Assembly: GCA_013152535.1 (NCBI GenBank)
Contig: JAADGE010000009.1
Coordinates: 1,570-65,569, forward strand
From: Chlorobiota bacterium
GTDB taxonomy: Bacteria; Bacteroidota; Bacteroidia; Bacteroidales; JAADGE01
DNA length: 64,000 bases
Reading direction: 5' to 3'
The position numbers and the translations under genes are program-made. This document shows, in pieces, positions 20,199 to 29,163 of the stretch; the stretch's first letter is position 1; every line of letters begins with the position of its first letter. Below the pieces are notes generated by a model. That model was not told where the DNA came from and ran no database searches. It saw only the letters and a list, made by a program, of their open reading frames with translations.

Positions 20199-20996
20199 AT
20201 GAGAACAAATCCTCTGACACCTGATATATTAATTAAAACACTTAAAAGATCAAGTTTGCCGACTGTTCTTGTTGAAGGCAAAGATGATTTTTTAATATAC
20301 CGAAAATTTCAAAATAAAATCGGAGCAAGATTTGTTTCTTTTTTAGGTTGCGGAGGAAGAAATACTCTTTTGAATATATATGACAGAAAAAAAGAATTCA
20401 GTAATAAAAAAGTTATGTTTATTGCCGATAAAGATATGTGGGTTTTCTCGTCAGTCCCTGAAAAATATAATGATATTATTTTTACAAAAGGGTACAGTAT
20501 TGAAAATGACCTCTATGAAGACGGGCAACTTTTTTTAAACGAAATACTTGAAAGTAACGAAAAGGAAAGGTTTAAAATTATTATTAATCAACTTATTTTA
20601 TGGTTTGCTTTTGAAGTTAATAAAATTAAATCTGAAGAAGAATATAATACTGAATTTTCAGAAGTTACTATTTTATCAAAAAACACTTTTGACAGAGAAT
20701 TAAATAAATTTACTGATAATTTTATTTCAAAAAGAGGAAAAGAAGATGCTGATAATGAAATTGTTAAAAAAATTGTCGATAGCTTTGTTCATAAGCTAAG
20801 AGGTAAATTTATTTTTCAAATATTTGAATTGCTTTTTCAAGAAAGAAAAAACAAAAAGGGAAAAGTAACTTATACGAAAGAACAACTTTTTGATTTGTGC
20901 TATACTGAAGGAATACGTGATAAAAATAATGAAACAAATATGAACAGATTAGTTAATGAATTATTAAAATTTAAGAATTATAAGAAAAATAATTAA
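20199..20996 (+). CDS. DUF4435/TOPRIM-like protein, AriB-like
   Basis: Start moved to ATG 20199, 1 nt after the upstream stop and preceded by AAGGAGG at 20181-20187. Motifs LVEGKDDFLIYRKF (TOPRIM Glu), FIADKD (DxD) and KGYSIENDLY are typical of DUF4435. Confidence 0.7.
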   Translation: MRTNPLTPDILIKTLKRSSLPTVLVEGKDDFLIYRKFQNKIGARFVSFLGCGGRNTLLNIYDRKKEFSNKKVMFIADKDMWVFSSVPEKYNDIIFTKGYSIENDLYEDGQLFLNEILESNEKERFKIIINQLILWFAFEVNKIKSEEEYNTEFSEVTILSKNTFDRELNKFTDNFISKRGKEDADNEIVKKIVDSFVHKLRGKFIFQIFELLFQERKNKKGKVTYTKEQLFDLCYTEGIRDKNNETNMNRLVNELLKFKNYKKNN

Positions 20997-21940
20997 TGAA
21001 AAACTTCGCACTAATAGGAGCAGCAGGATACATAGCCGTAAGGCACATGCAAGCCATAAAAGAAACAAGAAATAATTTAATTGCCGCACTTGATAAGTTC
21101 GACAGTGTAGGAATAATTGACAGTTATTTTCCTGAAGCTGATTTCTTTACGGAATTTGAACGTTTCGACAGACATATCGACAAATTACGTCATAACGAAA
21201 ATAAACAGATTGATTATGTAAGTATTTGTACACCAAATTATTTGCATGATTCTCATATTCGTTTTGCATTAAAACAACAAGCAGAAGCTATTTGTGAAAA
21301 ACCCTTGGTACTTAATCCTTGGAATGTGGATGCTCTTGCAGAAGTTGAAAAAGAAACAGGCAAAAAGATAAATACAATTTTGCAGTTACGTTTGCATCCG
21401 AGTATTATAAAATTAAAAAAAGAAGTAGAAAACGGACCGAAAGATAAAATCTACGATATAGATTTAACGTATCTGACATCTCGCGGTCGTTGGTATTTTA
21501 TCAGCTGGAAAGGCGATATGCAAAAATCCGGCGGAGTTGCAACCAATATAGGCGTGCATTTTTTTGATATGCTTTCGTGGATTTTCGGTACTGTAAAAGA
21601 AAATATTGTTCATGTTTCGGAAGAATCAAAAGCTGCCGGTTTGTTGAAATTAGAAAGAGCCGACGTACGTTGGTTTTTAAGTGTTGATTATAATAACATT
21701 CCTGAAGAAATAAAGAAAAGCGGGCAAAGAACTTATCGCTCAGTTACAGTTAACGGAAAAGAAATTGAATTCAGCGGCGGATTCACCGATTTACATACCG
21801 TAAGTTATCGTAAAATTTTAGAAGGGAAAGGTTTCGGTCTTACAGATATACGTTCAACCATTCAAACTGTTTATGAAATAAGAAATGCCGTACCGATTGG
21901 TTTAAAAGGAGACTATCATCCGTTATTAAATAAAAAATAA
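20996..21940 (+). CDS. Gfo/Idh/MocA family oxidoreductase (WbpB-like)
   Basis: N-terminal Rossmann segment FALIGAAGYIAVRHMQAI, then EKPLVLN, 314 aa. Its ATG overlaps the upstream TAA (TAATG). Confidence 0.8.
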   Translation: MKNFALIGAAGYIAVRHMQAIKETRNNLIAALDKFDSVGIIDSYFPEADFFTEFERFDRHIDKLRHNENKQIDYVSICTPNYLHDSHIRFALKQQAEAICEKPLVLNPWNVDALAEVEKETGKKINTILQLRLHPSIIKLKKEVENGPKDKIYDIDLTYLTSRGRWYFISWKGDMQKSGGVATNIGVHFFDMLSWIFGTVKENIVHVSEESKAAGLLKLERADVRWFLSVDYNNIPEEIKKSGQRTYRSVTVNGKEIEFSGGFTDLHTVSYRKILEGKGFGLTDIRSTIQTVYEIRNAVPIGLKGDYHPLLNKK

Positions 21941-21958
21941 AATTTTAATTAAAACACA

Positions 21959-23248
21959 ATGTATAATAAATTAATCAGAGATAAAGCAACAATTTCAGTT
22001 ATCGGATTAGGTTATGTCGGTTTACCGATTGCTCTTGAATTTTCTAAAATAATCAAAGTTATCGGTTTTGATATTAATGAAGAACGTGTTGAAATGATGC
22101 GTAATCATAAAGATCCCAGTAAAGAACTTTCTTCTGAAGATTTTGAAGGAACAAATATTCAATTTACTTCTAAGTCTGAAGATTTAAAAGAAGCTGATTT
22201 TCATATTGTTGCAGTTCCTACACCGATTAATGAACACAATCAGCCGGATTTGACTCCTTTGCTCGGGGCTTGTCATATTGTAGGAAAAAATATTAAGAAA
22301 GGTGATTATATTGTTTTTGAATCAACCGTGTATCCCGGTTGCACCGAAGAAGATTGTGTGCCTATTCTGGAAGAAGAATCCGGTTTAACATATTGTGAAG
22401 ATTTTAAAGTCGGATACTCTCCCGAACGTATAAACCCGGGTGATAAAGTTCATACACTTACGACAATAACGAAAATTGTTTCCGGCTGCGATGACGAAGC
22501 ATTGGATAATATCGCAAATATTTATGATATTATTCTGAAAAACGGGACACACAGAGCAAGTTCAATAAAAGTTGCCGAAGCTGCCAAAATTATTGAGAAT
22601 ACCCAAAGAGATGTTAATATTGCATTAATGAATGAGCTTTCAATTATTTTTAATAAAATGGGAATTAATACCTATGAAGTCCTTGAAGCAGCCGGAACAA
22701 AGTGGAATTTCTTGAATTTTACTCCCGGTTTAGTCGGCGGACATTGTATCGGTGTTGACCCTTATTATCTGGTTCATAAAGCGAAAGAACTCGGCTATCA
22801 TCCGCATATTATTAATGCCGGAAGATTTGTAAATGATTCTATGGGCAGTTATGTTGCTAAACAAACTGTTAAACGAATTGCAGCTCAGGATAAAAATATT
22901 CGAAATGCAAAAGTATTGGTAATGGGCTTAACATTTAAAGAAAACGTAAGTGATATCAGAAATACAAAGGTAGTAAATATTGTAAAAGAATTGAAGACCT
23001 ATAAAGTTCTTGTTGATGTTGTTGATCCGTATGCCTCCGTGGAGGAAGTAAAGGAAGAGTATAACATTGATTTGTCAGAAAATATTGATACTAATTACGA
23101 TGCCGTTATTGTAGCCGTAAATCATAAACAATATATTGAATTAGATGAAGATTTTTTCAAAAAACATACATCTGAAAACGGTATTGTAATTGACGTAAAA
23201 GGTTTCTTAAAAGATAAAATACAAACCATGTTGTATTGGAGTTTATAG
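21959..23248 (+). CDS. nucleotide-sugar 6-dehydrogenase (WbpA/TviB-like UDP-GlcNAc dehydrogenase)
   Basis: VIGLGYVGLPIALEF NAD fold, catalytic region GGHCIGVDPYY, 429 aa. Confidence 0.85.
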   Translation: MYNKLIRDKATISVIGLGYVGLPIALEFSKIIKVIGFDINEERVEMMRNHKDPSKELSSEDFEGTNIQFTSKSEDLKEADFHIVAVPTPINEHNQPDLTPLLGACHIVGKNIKKGDYIVFESTVYPGCTEEDCVPILEEESGLTYCEDFKVGYSPERINPGDKVHTLTTITKIVSGCDDEALDNIANIYDIILKNGTHRASSIKVAEAAKIIENTQRDVNIALMNELSIIFNKMGINTYEVLEAAGTKWNFLNFTPGLVGGHCIGVDPYYLVHKAKELGYHPHIINAGRFVNDSMGSYVAKQTVKRIAAQDKNIRNAKVLVMGLTFKENVSDIRNTKVVNIVKELKTYKVLVDVVDPYASVEEVKEEYNIDLSENIDTNYDAVIVAVNHKQYIELDEDFFKKHTSENGIVIDVKGFLKDKIQTMLYWSL

Positions 23249-23322
23249 AATATTTTCTTTGCTAATGACTTCAAAACCTCTGATTATTATTTAAAAAATA
23301 CCGTGCTGATGTGCGGCATTTT

Positions 23323-24564
23323 TTAGTGCCTGATATACGATGATAATTTATGAGTTTGTCCCGAAATTTTCCAAATTGCATTTGCCGCAACTTCCCATTT
23401 TAAAGCAGATACTCCCGGGATGTTGCCGATAATTCGGTATGCTGTATTTTTGTAATAAATTTCTAAGCGTTCATTAACTTGCGGATTAATTGTTTGCAAA
23501 TCATCGAAATTCATATTTATAACTTTTTCTGTATCAATAAATTTTAAAGTAATTTTATCCTTGAAGAATTGAATATCGGCTTTTCCGGCAAATATTAAAT
23601 CCGGAGTATTTTCTTTTTCAATATATACATTCGAAGCAATATCTTCAAAAATCATATCTTTAAATCCGTTTTTTATTATTTCTGAAACTGATTTAAAAAA
23701 TTCTTGTTCTTCCCAATTAAACCAATCCCGAACATTGTCGAAATACAATTTGCCGAAACTTGTACGTTCAAAAAAACCGTATCTGTTAATATGAATATCG
23801 TAACCGCAGGAACGGCAATAAAAATTATTGCCTTTTGCCGAAAACGTGTCAATTGCTTTACATTCGGGGCACAGATACAGTGTGTGATTAATAAATTCGG
23901 CTCTTTTACTTGAATGTATTTTATTCTTTTTTATACGCTGCCTGCTGACTTCGTTGTAGTTAACAGCTTCGGTAAATTTATCGTAAATTTCCTTTTCCGA
24001 AAATTCAATTACGTTTTCTTTCGTAAAAAGTAATTTGTATTCAACTTCAACTTTTGTCCGTCTTATTTTATATGCCCAGCGCGGATTAAGAAGGTTCATT
24101 CCTTCTAATATAGGAACGACCACAGGCACTTTTAACATTTTAATGAGTTTCGCTATTGAAGGGTCAATCGGTTGTGTGCAGCCGGACCAAGTTCTGGTTG
24201 CTTCTGCAAATATGCCCACATTTTCGCCTTGTTTTATCACGGAAATTATATCCCGTATAACTTTTGTGTCTCTTATACTTTTCTTTTTCGGAATTGTGCC
24301 TAATCCGTTAAGAAAAAAGCGAATAACCGGATTACGAAATGCCGCATCGGAAGAAACAAAATGCGTATATTCCGGAAGAAAATAACCTGTAATAAACGGG
24401 TCCCAATATCCGACATGATTTCCGAGAACCAAATACGGAGCTTTTAATTTCTTAATTTCTTCGGGCATATTTTTCTTAATGCCGTAAAATCTTGTAAATA
24501 AAGTAAATGCAATATGTGTAATAAAACGAATAAGTTTTGAAGTCGGGTATTTTTTTTTCTTCAT
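23323..24564 (-). CDS. lysophospholipid acyltransferase (PlsC-like) with a C-terminal Cys4 zinc-ribbon domain
   Basis: HX4D motif NHVGYWD and FAEATRT block. CPECK...CRSCGY pairs lie in the C-terminal half. Confidence 0.7.
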   Translation of the reverse strand: MKKKKYPTSKLIRFITHIAFTLFTRFYGIKKNMPEEIKKLKAPYLVLGNHVGYWDPFITGYFLPEYTHFVSSDAAFRNPVIRFFLNGLGTIPKKKSIRDTKVIRDIISVIKQGENVGIFAEATRTWSGCTQPIDPSIAKLIKMLKVPVVVPILEGMNLLNPRWAYKIRRTKVEVEYKLLFTKENVIEFSEKEIYDKFTEAVNYNEVSRQRIKKNKIHSSKRAEFINHTLYLCPECKAIDTFSAKGNNFYCRSCGYDIHINRYGFFERTSFGKLYFDNVRDWFNWEEQEFFKSVSEIIKNGFKDMIFEDIASNVYIEKENTPDLIFAGKADIQFFKDKITLKFIDTEKVINMNFDDLQTINPQVNERLEIYYKNTAYRIIGNIPGVSALKWEVAANAIWKISGQTHKLSSYIRH

Positions 24565-24607
24565 TAGGTGGTTTTTCTGCTTAAAGTTTTACGCTCAATA
24601 CCGGTCA

Positions 24608-25246
24608 TTAAGTATATTTTTTCAAAAATAACAAAAATTCATTAAGAGGAATGTATTCGGCACCGAGACTTTCTAAATGAGAAGTGTGAACTTGTGCATC
24701 AATTATTTCCAAATCAATTGTTTTTATAAGATAAGCCAAAGCAATTTTAGAAGTGTTACTTTCTTTGCTGAACATAGATTCTCCGAAAAAAACTTTTCCC
24801 AGTTTTACTCCGTAAAGTCCGCCGACAAGATTATTTTCTGAATTAAAAACCTCAACAGACACTGCAAATCCGAGTTTGTGCAATTTTGTGTATGCTTGTT
24901 GCATTTTATATGTAATCCAAGTTCCGTAATTTTCTTTGCGTTGAATATTTTTGCAGTTTTTAATTACTTTTTCAAAATCCCGGTTTACGGAGCATGTGTA
25001 AATATTTTTGTTAATCAGCGATTGTAAACTTTTTGATTTTTTAAACTTTTCGGGAAAAAGAACAAAACGCGGGTCGGGAGCATGCCAAATAATCGGTTCA
25101 GTTTCGTTATACCATGGGAATATTCCGTTTTGGTATGCTAAAATTAAACGCTCCGGCGATAAATCTCCTCCTACGGCAAGAACTCCGTTTTCCGCAAGAG
25201 ACGGATGCGGGAAAATTATTTCATTGTTAAGTTCAAAAACAGGCAT
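24608..25246 (-). CDS. aat: leucyl/phenylalanyl-tRNA--protein transferase
   Basis: 212 aa. GVLAVGGDLSPERLILAYQNGIFPWY and GESMFS blocks are typical of Aat. Confidence 0.85.
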   Translation of the reverse strand: MPVFELNNEIIFPHPSLAENGVLAVGGDLSPERLILAYQNGIFPWYNETEPIIWHAPDPRFVLFPEKFKKSKSLQSLINKNIYTCSVNRDFEKVIKNCKNIQRKENYGTWITYKMQQAYTKLHKLGFAVSVEVFNSENNLVGGLYGVKLGKVFFGESMFSKESNTSKIALAYLIKTIDLEIIDAQVHTSHLESLGAEYIPLNEFLLFLKKYT

Positions 25247-25247
25247 T

Positions 25248-26967
25248 TTAATTTTGAATTATAATTTTTTGAACGGAAACAGTATTTTTTACTTGTATTT
25301 TTATAAAATATATTCCCGGAGAAAAGTTTTTAATACAAATTTCGGAAGTGTTTTGTTTGCTTAAGATTAAATTTCCTCTGATATCATATATCATAATTTT
25401 ATTTGCTGTTTCCGATAATAAAATAAAATCAGTTGCGGGATTAGGATATATTTCGATATTGTTTTCGTTATTTTTTTCAACACTCACAGGCTTGCAATTC
25501 CATTCAGCTGTCCAGCCGCTTCTTACGGTTGCACCGTCGGAATAAAATTTTAGAGTTAAAGCGTTTCCGCTTGCTTCAACATAACCGGGGCTTGCCGTGC
25601 CCGAATATCCGCCTATTAACGGAGCATTTGTGTTGTATCCGTCATAAATCCATAAAGAATCATATCCGGTTTCCAGTTTAAACGAGCTGAAACTTAAAGA
25701 AAGTAAAGAAACATTGTCCGGTGCAATTGTAAAAATATAATCTTCATGGTTATAATGATTCCTGTTAGGACCTCCCATATCGTAAATCGTATAATTGCAG
25801 GGAGTTACTGAACAGTCTGTAACAAATCCCACATTTCGGAATATCCGTCGTCATATCCTAAAGCCCAAATTCCTATTCCTGCTAAATCTTGATGTTGAAT
25901 GACATCGTATTTATATTTCATGGTTTTTTTCGTATCAACCCAAGCCTGATGCCAATTTCCGCCCGAATAATATGTGTAATAACTGCACATACTGTTTTCA
26001 TTAAGTTTTCTTTCATCATAATAAGACGATGTATTATTTTTAATTGTTTTGATTGTTCTTGCTGTTCCTTTTGCCGGTGGTGAAGACGGCACATTTTCGC
26101 TTTCCGTTTTCCATTCGTATCCGTAATACGGAATACCGCAAAGTAATTTTTCTTTCGGAATACCGGCATATAAATAGGTGATTATTGATTTTGAAATATT
26201 GTAATCGAATGTATTCATTGTATAAAGTTGACCGGAAGGACCTGCAATACTGCTGCCGGGCCAATAATAATCATAAGCCATTATAATAAAAAGGTCAATA
26301 TAATCTCTCAGCAACGGAATATTATAAATATTATGCCAATCAACGGCAGGCAGAGCGATACTCACTTGAGAACCGGGAATGCTCGAATGAAATTGGTCGG
26401 CAAGATTTACAAGAAAATTATTCAATTGTACAGCTTCACTATCCGGAACAAGTTCAAAATCTATATTTACGCCGTCGGCATTTCTGTATTCGATCAAAGT
26501 AAGTAAATTGTCAATCAGGTTTTGTTGTGCCGAAGCATTCGCAAAAAATGCAGCATGATTATTAAAAAGTGTAACGCATAAATTTACTCTGACATTATTC
26601 GCTTGTGCAGAATCAATAACGGCGGCAGTTTTCCAGTTGTGCGTATTTACAGAATCCCCTGTGAGATAATCAACTTCATAAGAAAAAAAGATAAATCGGA
26701 TAATAAGTTCCAGTGATAATTCAAATATGAATTTCCGGACCAATAGGGATACCAGCCGAAAACCAGTTTTTGTAAATTGCATTTATCTTTACCGACGGGT
26801 AAAATTGATTTAATTTCGGTAAGTTTTTTATATTCTTTCGGAGAAAAAATTGCTAAAGAATCATAATATTCTTTTTGCTCTTTATGTGCAGAGTGCCTTA
26901 CATTTTTTTGAGAAAAAATATTAGCTGAAATAAATATCACTAAAATTGTTATTAAATTAAATTTCAT
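25248..26967 (-). pseudogene. GH18 (chitinase-like) - CUB - T9SS C-terminal-domain secreted protein, split into three frames by two frameshifts
   Basis: ORFs 26967-26647, 26782-25805 and 25832-25248 read as one protein. Order: signal peptide, LVFGWYPYWSG...LLSDLSFF|SYEVDY, GH18 motif DGVNIDFE, GIWALGYDDGYSEMW, CUB-like YDSLWIYDG, then T9SS CTD IEIYPNPATDFILL...GIYFIKI. Shift 1 is at the A7 run 26683-26689. Shift 2 lies within 25808-25850. Confidence 0.65.
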
Positions 26968-27003
26968 TTTTTCAAATAATAACTTTTTTGTTTGAAAATT
27001 TTT

Positions 27004-27041
27004 ATGACGTTTTGAAGTCCTGTCTGACGTTCAAAAGTCAT
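27004..27041 (-). terminator. 12-bp hairpin downstream of the ppx-like gene (weak terminator candidate)
   Basis: ATGACGTTTTGAA / TTCAAAAGTCAT with one bulged G and a 13-nt loop. No clean U-tract on the minus strand. Confidence 0.25.
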
Positions 27042-27104
27042 TTTATAACGTAAGGATATTGGTTTATATTAATAAATCTGTTTTTTAAAAGCGAACATTA
27101 TCAG

Positions 27105-27986
27105 TTACATAAAATCGTCTTCATAGAGTTGTCTTATTATACCGTCGGCAAGTCCTGTTTTAGGAACATAAATTGTATTAAGTTTTACGGTTTCTAAAAT
27201 TCTTATGTAAATTTCTAATGCCGGCACAATAACATCTGCTCTGTCGGTTCTGAAAAAATATTTAAGCATACGTTCATCAATGTTTAAAGGTTTAAGTTCA
27301 TTGTATAGATTTTTGAGGAAAATTAAGGGAACTGATTTGTTGCTGCATATTTTACTTATTCTGTTTATGTTCCCTCCGGTTCCTATTAAATTTATGTTAA
27401 TATGTTTTTCAAGTAATTTCTGCATATCTTTTTCAAAACGAGAATATTCGTTACTGTCAACTTTTTTTTCTAATATTCTGACAGTTCCGATTTTATATGA
27501 ATCTGACCAAAATAATTTTTCTCCTTTAAAAAGTGATAATTGTAAACTGCCGCCGCCTAAATCGGCAGAGAGATAGGTATTTCCCGGTGTAAGATGGTAT
27601 TTATTAGTTTCGAAAATCAGATTTGCTTCTTCGTTAATATCAATAATATCAATACGGATGCCGGTTAATTTTTTTATTTCTTTTATCACTATTTCTCCGT
27701 TTTTTGCATCCCTTACGGCTGAAGTGGCACAAGCTCTGAATTGCTTTACATTATAGAAATCCAATAATCTTCGGTAGATTGTTATTGCATCAATAAAATC
27801 TTGCTTTTTTTGTTGTTTTATTTTGTCGTATTCAAAAACATCAGCACCTAATCTTACAGGCATCCGTACATATAATCTTTTTTTTAAAACGGCTTTATCA
27901 TAACTTTCTCCCGGCAACACATCCTTTATAATTAAACGTGTTGCATTTGATCCTATATCTATCCCGGCATATCTTTTTATTTCCAT
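27105..27986 (-). CDS. Ppx/GppA family phosphatase (short form)
   Basis: ASKHA fold motifs YAGIDIGSNATRLII and DLGGGSLQLS, 293 aa. Confidence 0.8.
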   Translation of the reverse strand: MEIKRYAGIDIGSNATRLIIKDVLPGESYDKAVLKKRLYVRMPVRLGADVFEYDKIKQQKKQDFIDAITIYRRLLDFYNVKQFRACATSAVRDAKNGEIVIKEIKKLTGIRIDIIDINEEANLIFETNKYHLTPGNTYLSADLGGGSLQLSLFKGEKLFWSDSYKIGTVRILEKKVDSNEYSRFEKDMQKLLEKHININLIGTGGNINRISKICSNKSVPLIFLKNLYNELKPLNIDERMLKYFFRTDRADVIVPALEIYIRILETVKLNTIYVPKTGLADGIIRQLYEDDFM

Positions 27987-28106
27987 TAATTTATTTTCTC
28001 TTTAATTTTACAAATATACATTCCCGTTCGGATATATCAAAATATGAAGTTTATGAAAAAAAACTGATTTATTCGGCAAAAAAACTTTTATGTGTAATTA
28101 TTTTAT

Positions 28107-28114
28107 TAATTTTG
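28107..28114 (+). promoter_or_regulatory. -7 box TAatTTTG for the tRNA
   Basis: Exact TAnnTTTG match 15 nt upstream of the mature tRNA 5' end. Confidence 0.45.
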
Positions 28115-28128
28115 CAGCCTGAATAAAC

Positions 28129-28202
28129 GGACCCGTAGCATAATTGGATAGTGCACCTGACTACGGATCAGGAGGTTGGGGATTCGAATTCCTCCGGGTT
28201 CA
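28129..28202 (+). tRNA. tRNA-Arg (anticodon ACG)
   Basis: Hand-folded 74-nt cloverleaf. Acceptor GGACCCG/CGGGTTC, D-stem GCAT/GTGC, anticodon stem CCTGA/TCAGG with loop CTACGGA, T-arm GGGGA-TTCGAAT-TCCTC, discriminator A. Confidence 0.9.
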
Positions 28203-28213
28203 CATTAATAATC

Positions 28214-28256
28214 AAAGCCTTGCAGAGATGCAGAGATGCAGGGCTTTTTGTTTTTT
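28214..28256 (+). terminator. Rho-independent terminator after tRNA-Arg
   Basis: AGCCTTGCA / TGCAGGGCT stem followed by TTTTTGTTTTTT. The loop contains the tandem GCAGAGAT GCAGAGAT. Confidence 0.7.
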
Positions 28257-28369
28257 GAATTCAACATACAAATTAGGTTTAGAAAACAATTAATGTCAGT
28301 ATTCATAGAAGTGAAAATGAATATAAATATTTCTCAGATTTTATCGCCGTAAATTTTAGGCAGTAAATC

Positions 28370-28465
28370 AAGTTTATCTGATTATTTGTCTTGTAGAATA
28401 CGATTTCTTTGCTTTAGATAAACTGTATTAGCCTTAAAATAAAATATTTATAAAAAAGTTTATCT
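28370..28465. repeat. three copies of the 9-mer AGTTTATCT (direct, inverted, direct)
   Basis: 28371-28379 AGTTTATCT; 28416-28424 AGATAAACT (reverse complement); 28457-28465 AGTTTATCT. Each direct copy is preceded by an extra A, giving the 10-mer AAGTTTATCT at 28370-28379 and 28456-28465. Confidence 0.6.
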
Positions 28466-28480
28466 AATTTAATTCCCAAA

Positions 28481-29155
28481 TTATCTTTTGAAATGTTCTT
28501 GATAGTATTTAATATTACCTCCATATTTCTTAATAAAAGCTTCTTTTGAAATATATCTGCCTTCTCCGTAGCCATAATCTATACCTTCTTCTACCCAAAA
28601 TAAATTTTCATCTCCGAAATCAAAGAAGATATTTCTTTTTGATTCTTCCCAACTTTTTTTCGGATAGCTCCACCTAAATCTTAAATATTTTTTTAAATTT
28701 TTGGAAATTTCATAAGATCTTTTTTTTTGATCATATTCAAAATATCTATTTTCTGTCTTAATCTCAAATCTTTCTTTAAAAGATATACCGTTTATTATCC
28801 ATAACATTTTATTACCATAAAATTCTTCTCTTTCTCTTATTATTTTTTTCGAGATTGGAGAATTCTGCAATTCAATCACAACTTTATTTTTAGTATAAAT
28901 ATCAGCAAAATGTTTTTTCCCGTCTTTCTCAAGGACAACTTCAGTATAATCTTTTCCAAAAGTCATTTTCCAATGATAATGCCATTCAGACTCCGGTTCG
29001 TACCAGCTTTCGCAACTACCATTCTTATAGTGAGACCAATGATGAATATTTATTTCACCGCACTTTGGAAATAATTTTTGTTCACATAAAGGACACTTTC
29101 CTGTTAATCCTTTTTTTGCTTCAATTTTTTCGTTATTTACTATAGCATATAACAT
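28481..29155 (-). CDS. CoiA-like family protein (zinc-finger plus PD-(D/E)xK-type nuclease fold)
   Basis: CPLCEQKL...HHWSH zinc-finger-like N-terminus. Also ESEWHYHWK, FADIY...VVIELQNSPIS and REREEFYGNKMLWIING, which match the CoiA family signature. Confidence 0.65.
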   Translation of the reverse strand: MLYAIVNNEKIEAKKGLTGKCPLCEQKLFPKCGEINIHHWSHYKNGSCESWYEPESEWHYHWKMTFGKDYTEVVLEKDGKKHFADIYTKNKVVIELQNSPISKKIIREREEFYGNKMLWIINGISFKERFEIKTENRYFEYDQKKRSYEISKNLKKYLRFRWSYPKKSWEESKRNIFFDFGDENLFWVEEGIDYGYGEGRYISKEAFIKKYGGNIKYYQEHFKR

Positions 29156-29163
29156 AAAATAAA

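Noticed and set aside
28224-28240. Tandem GCAGAGAT GCAGAGAT, considered as a CRISPR-like or micro-satellite signal
   Set aside because: There are only two 8-nt units and they form the loop of the tRNA terminator hairpin. No repeat-spacer periodicity occurs anywhere in the window.
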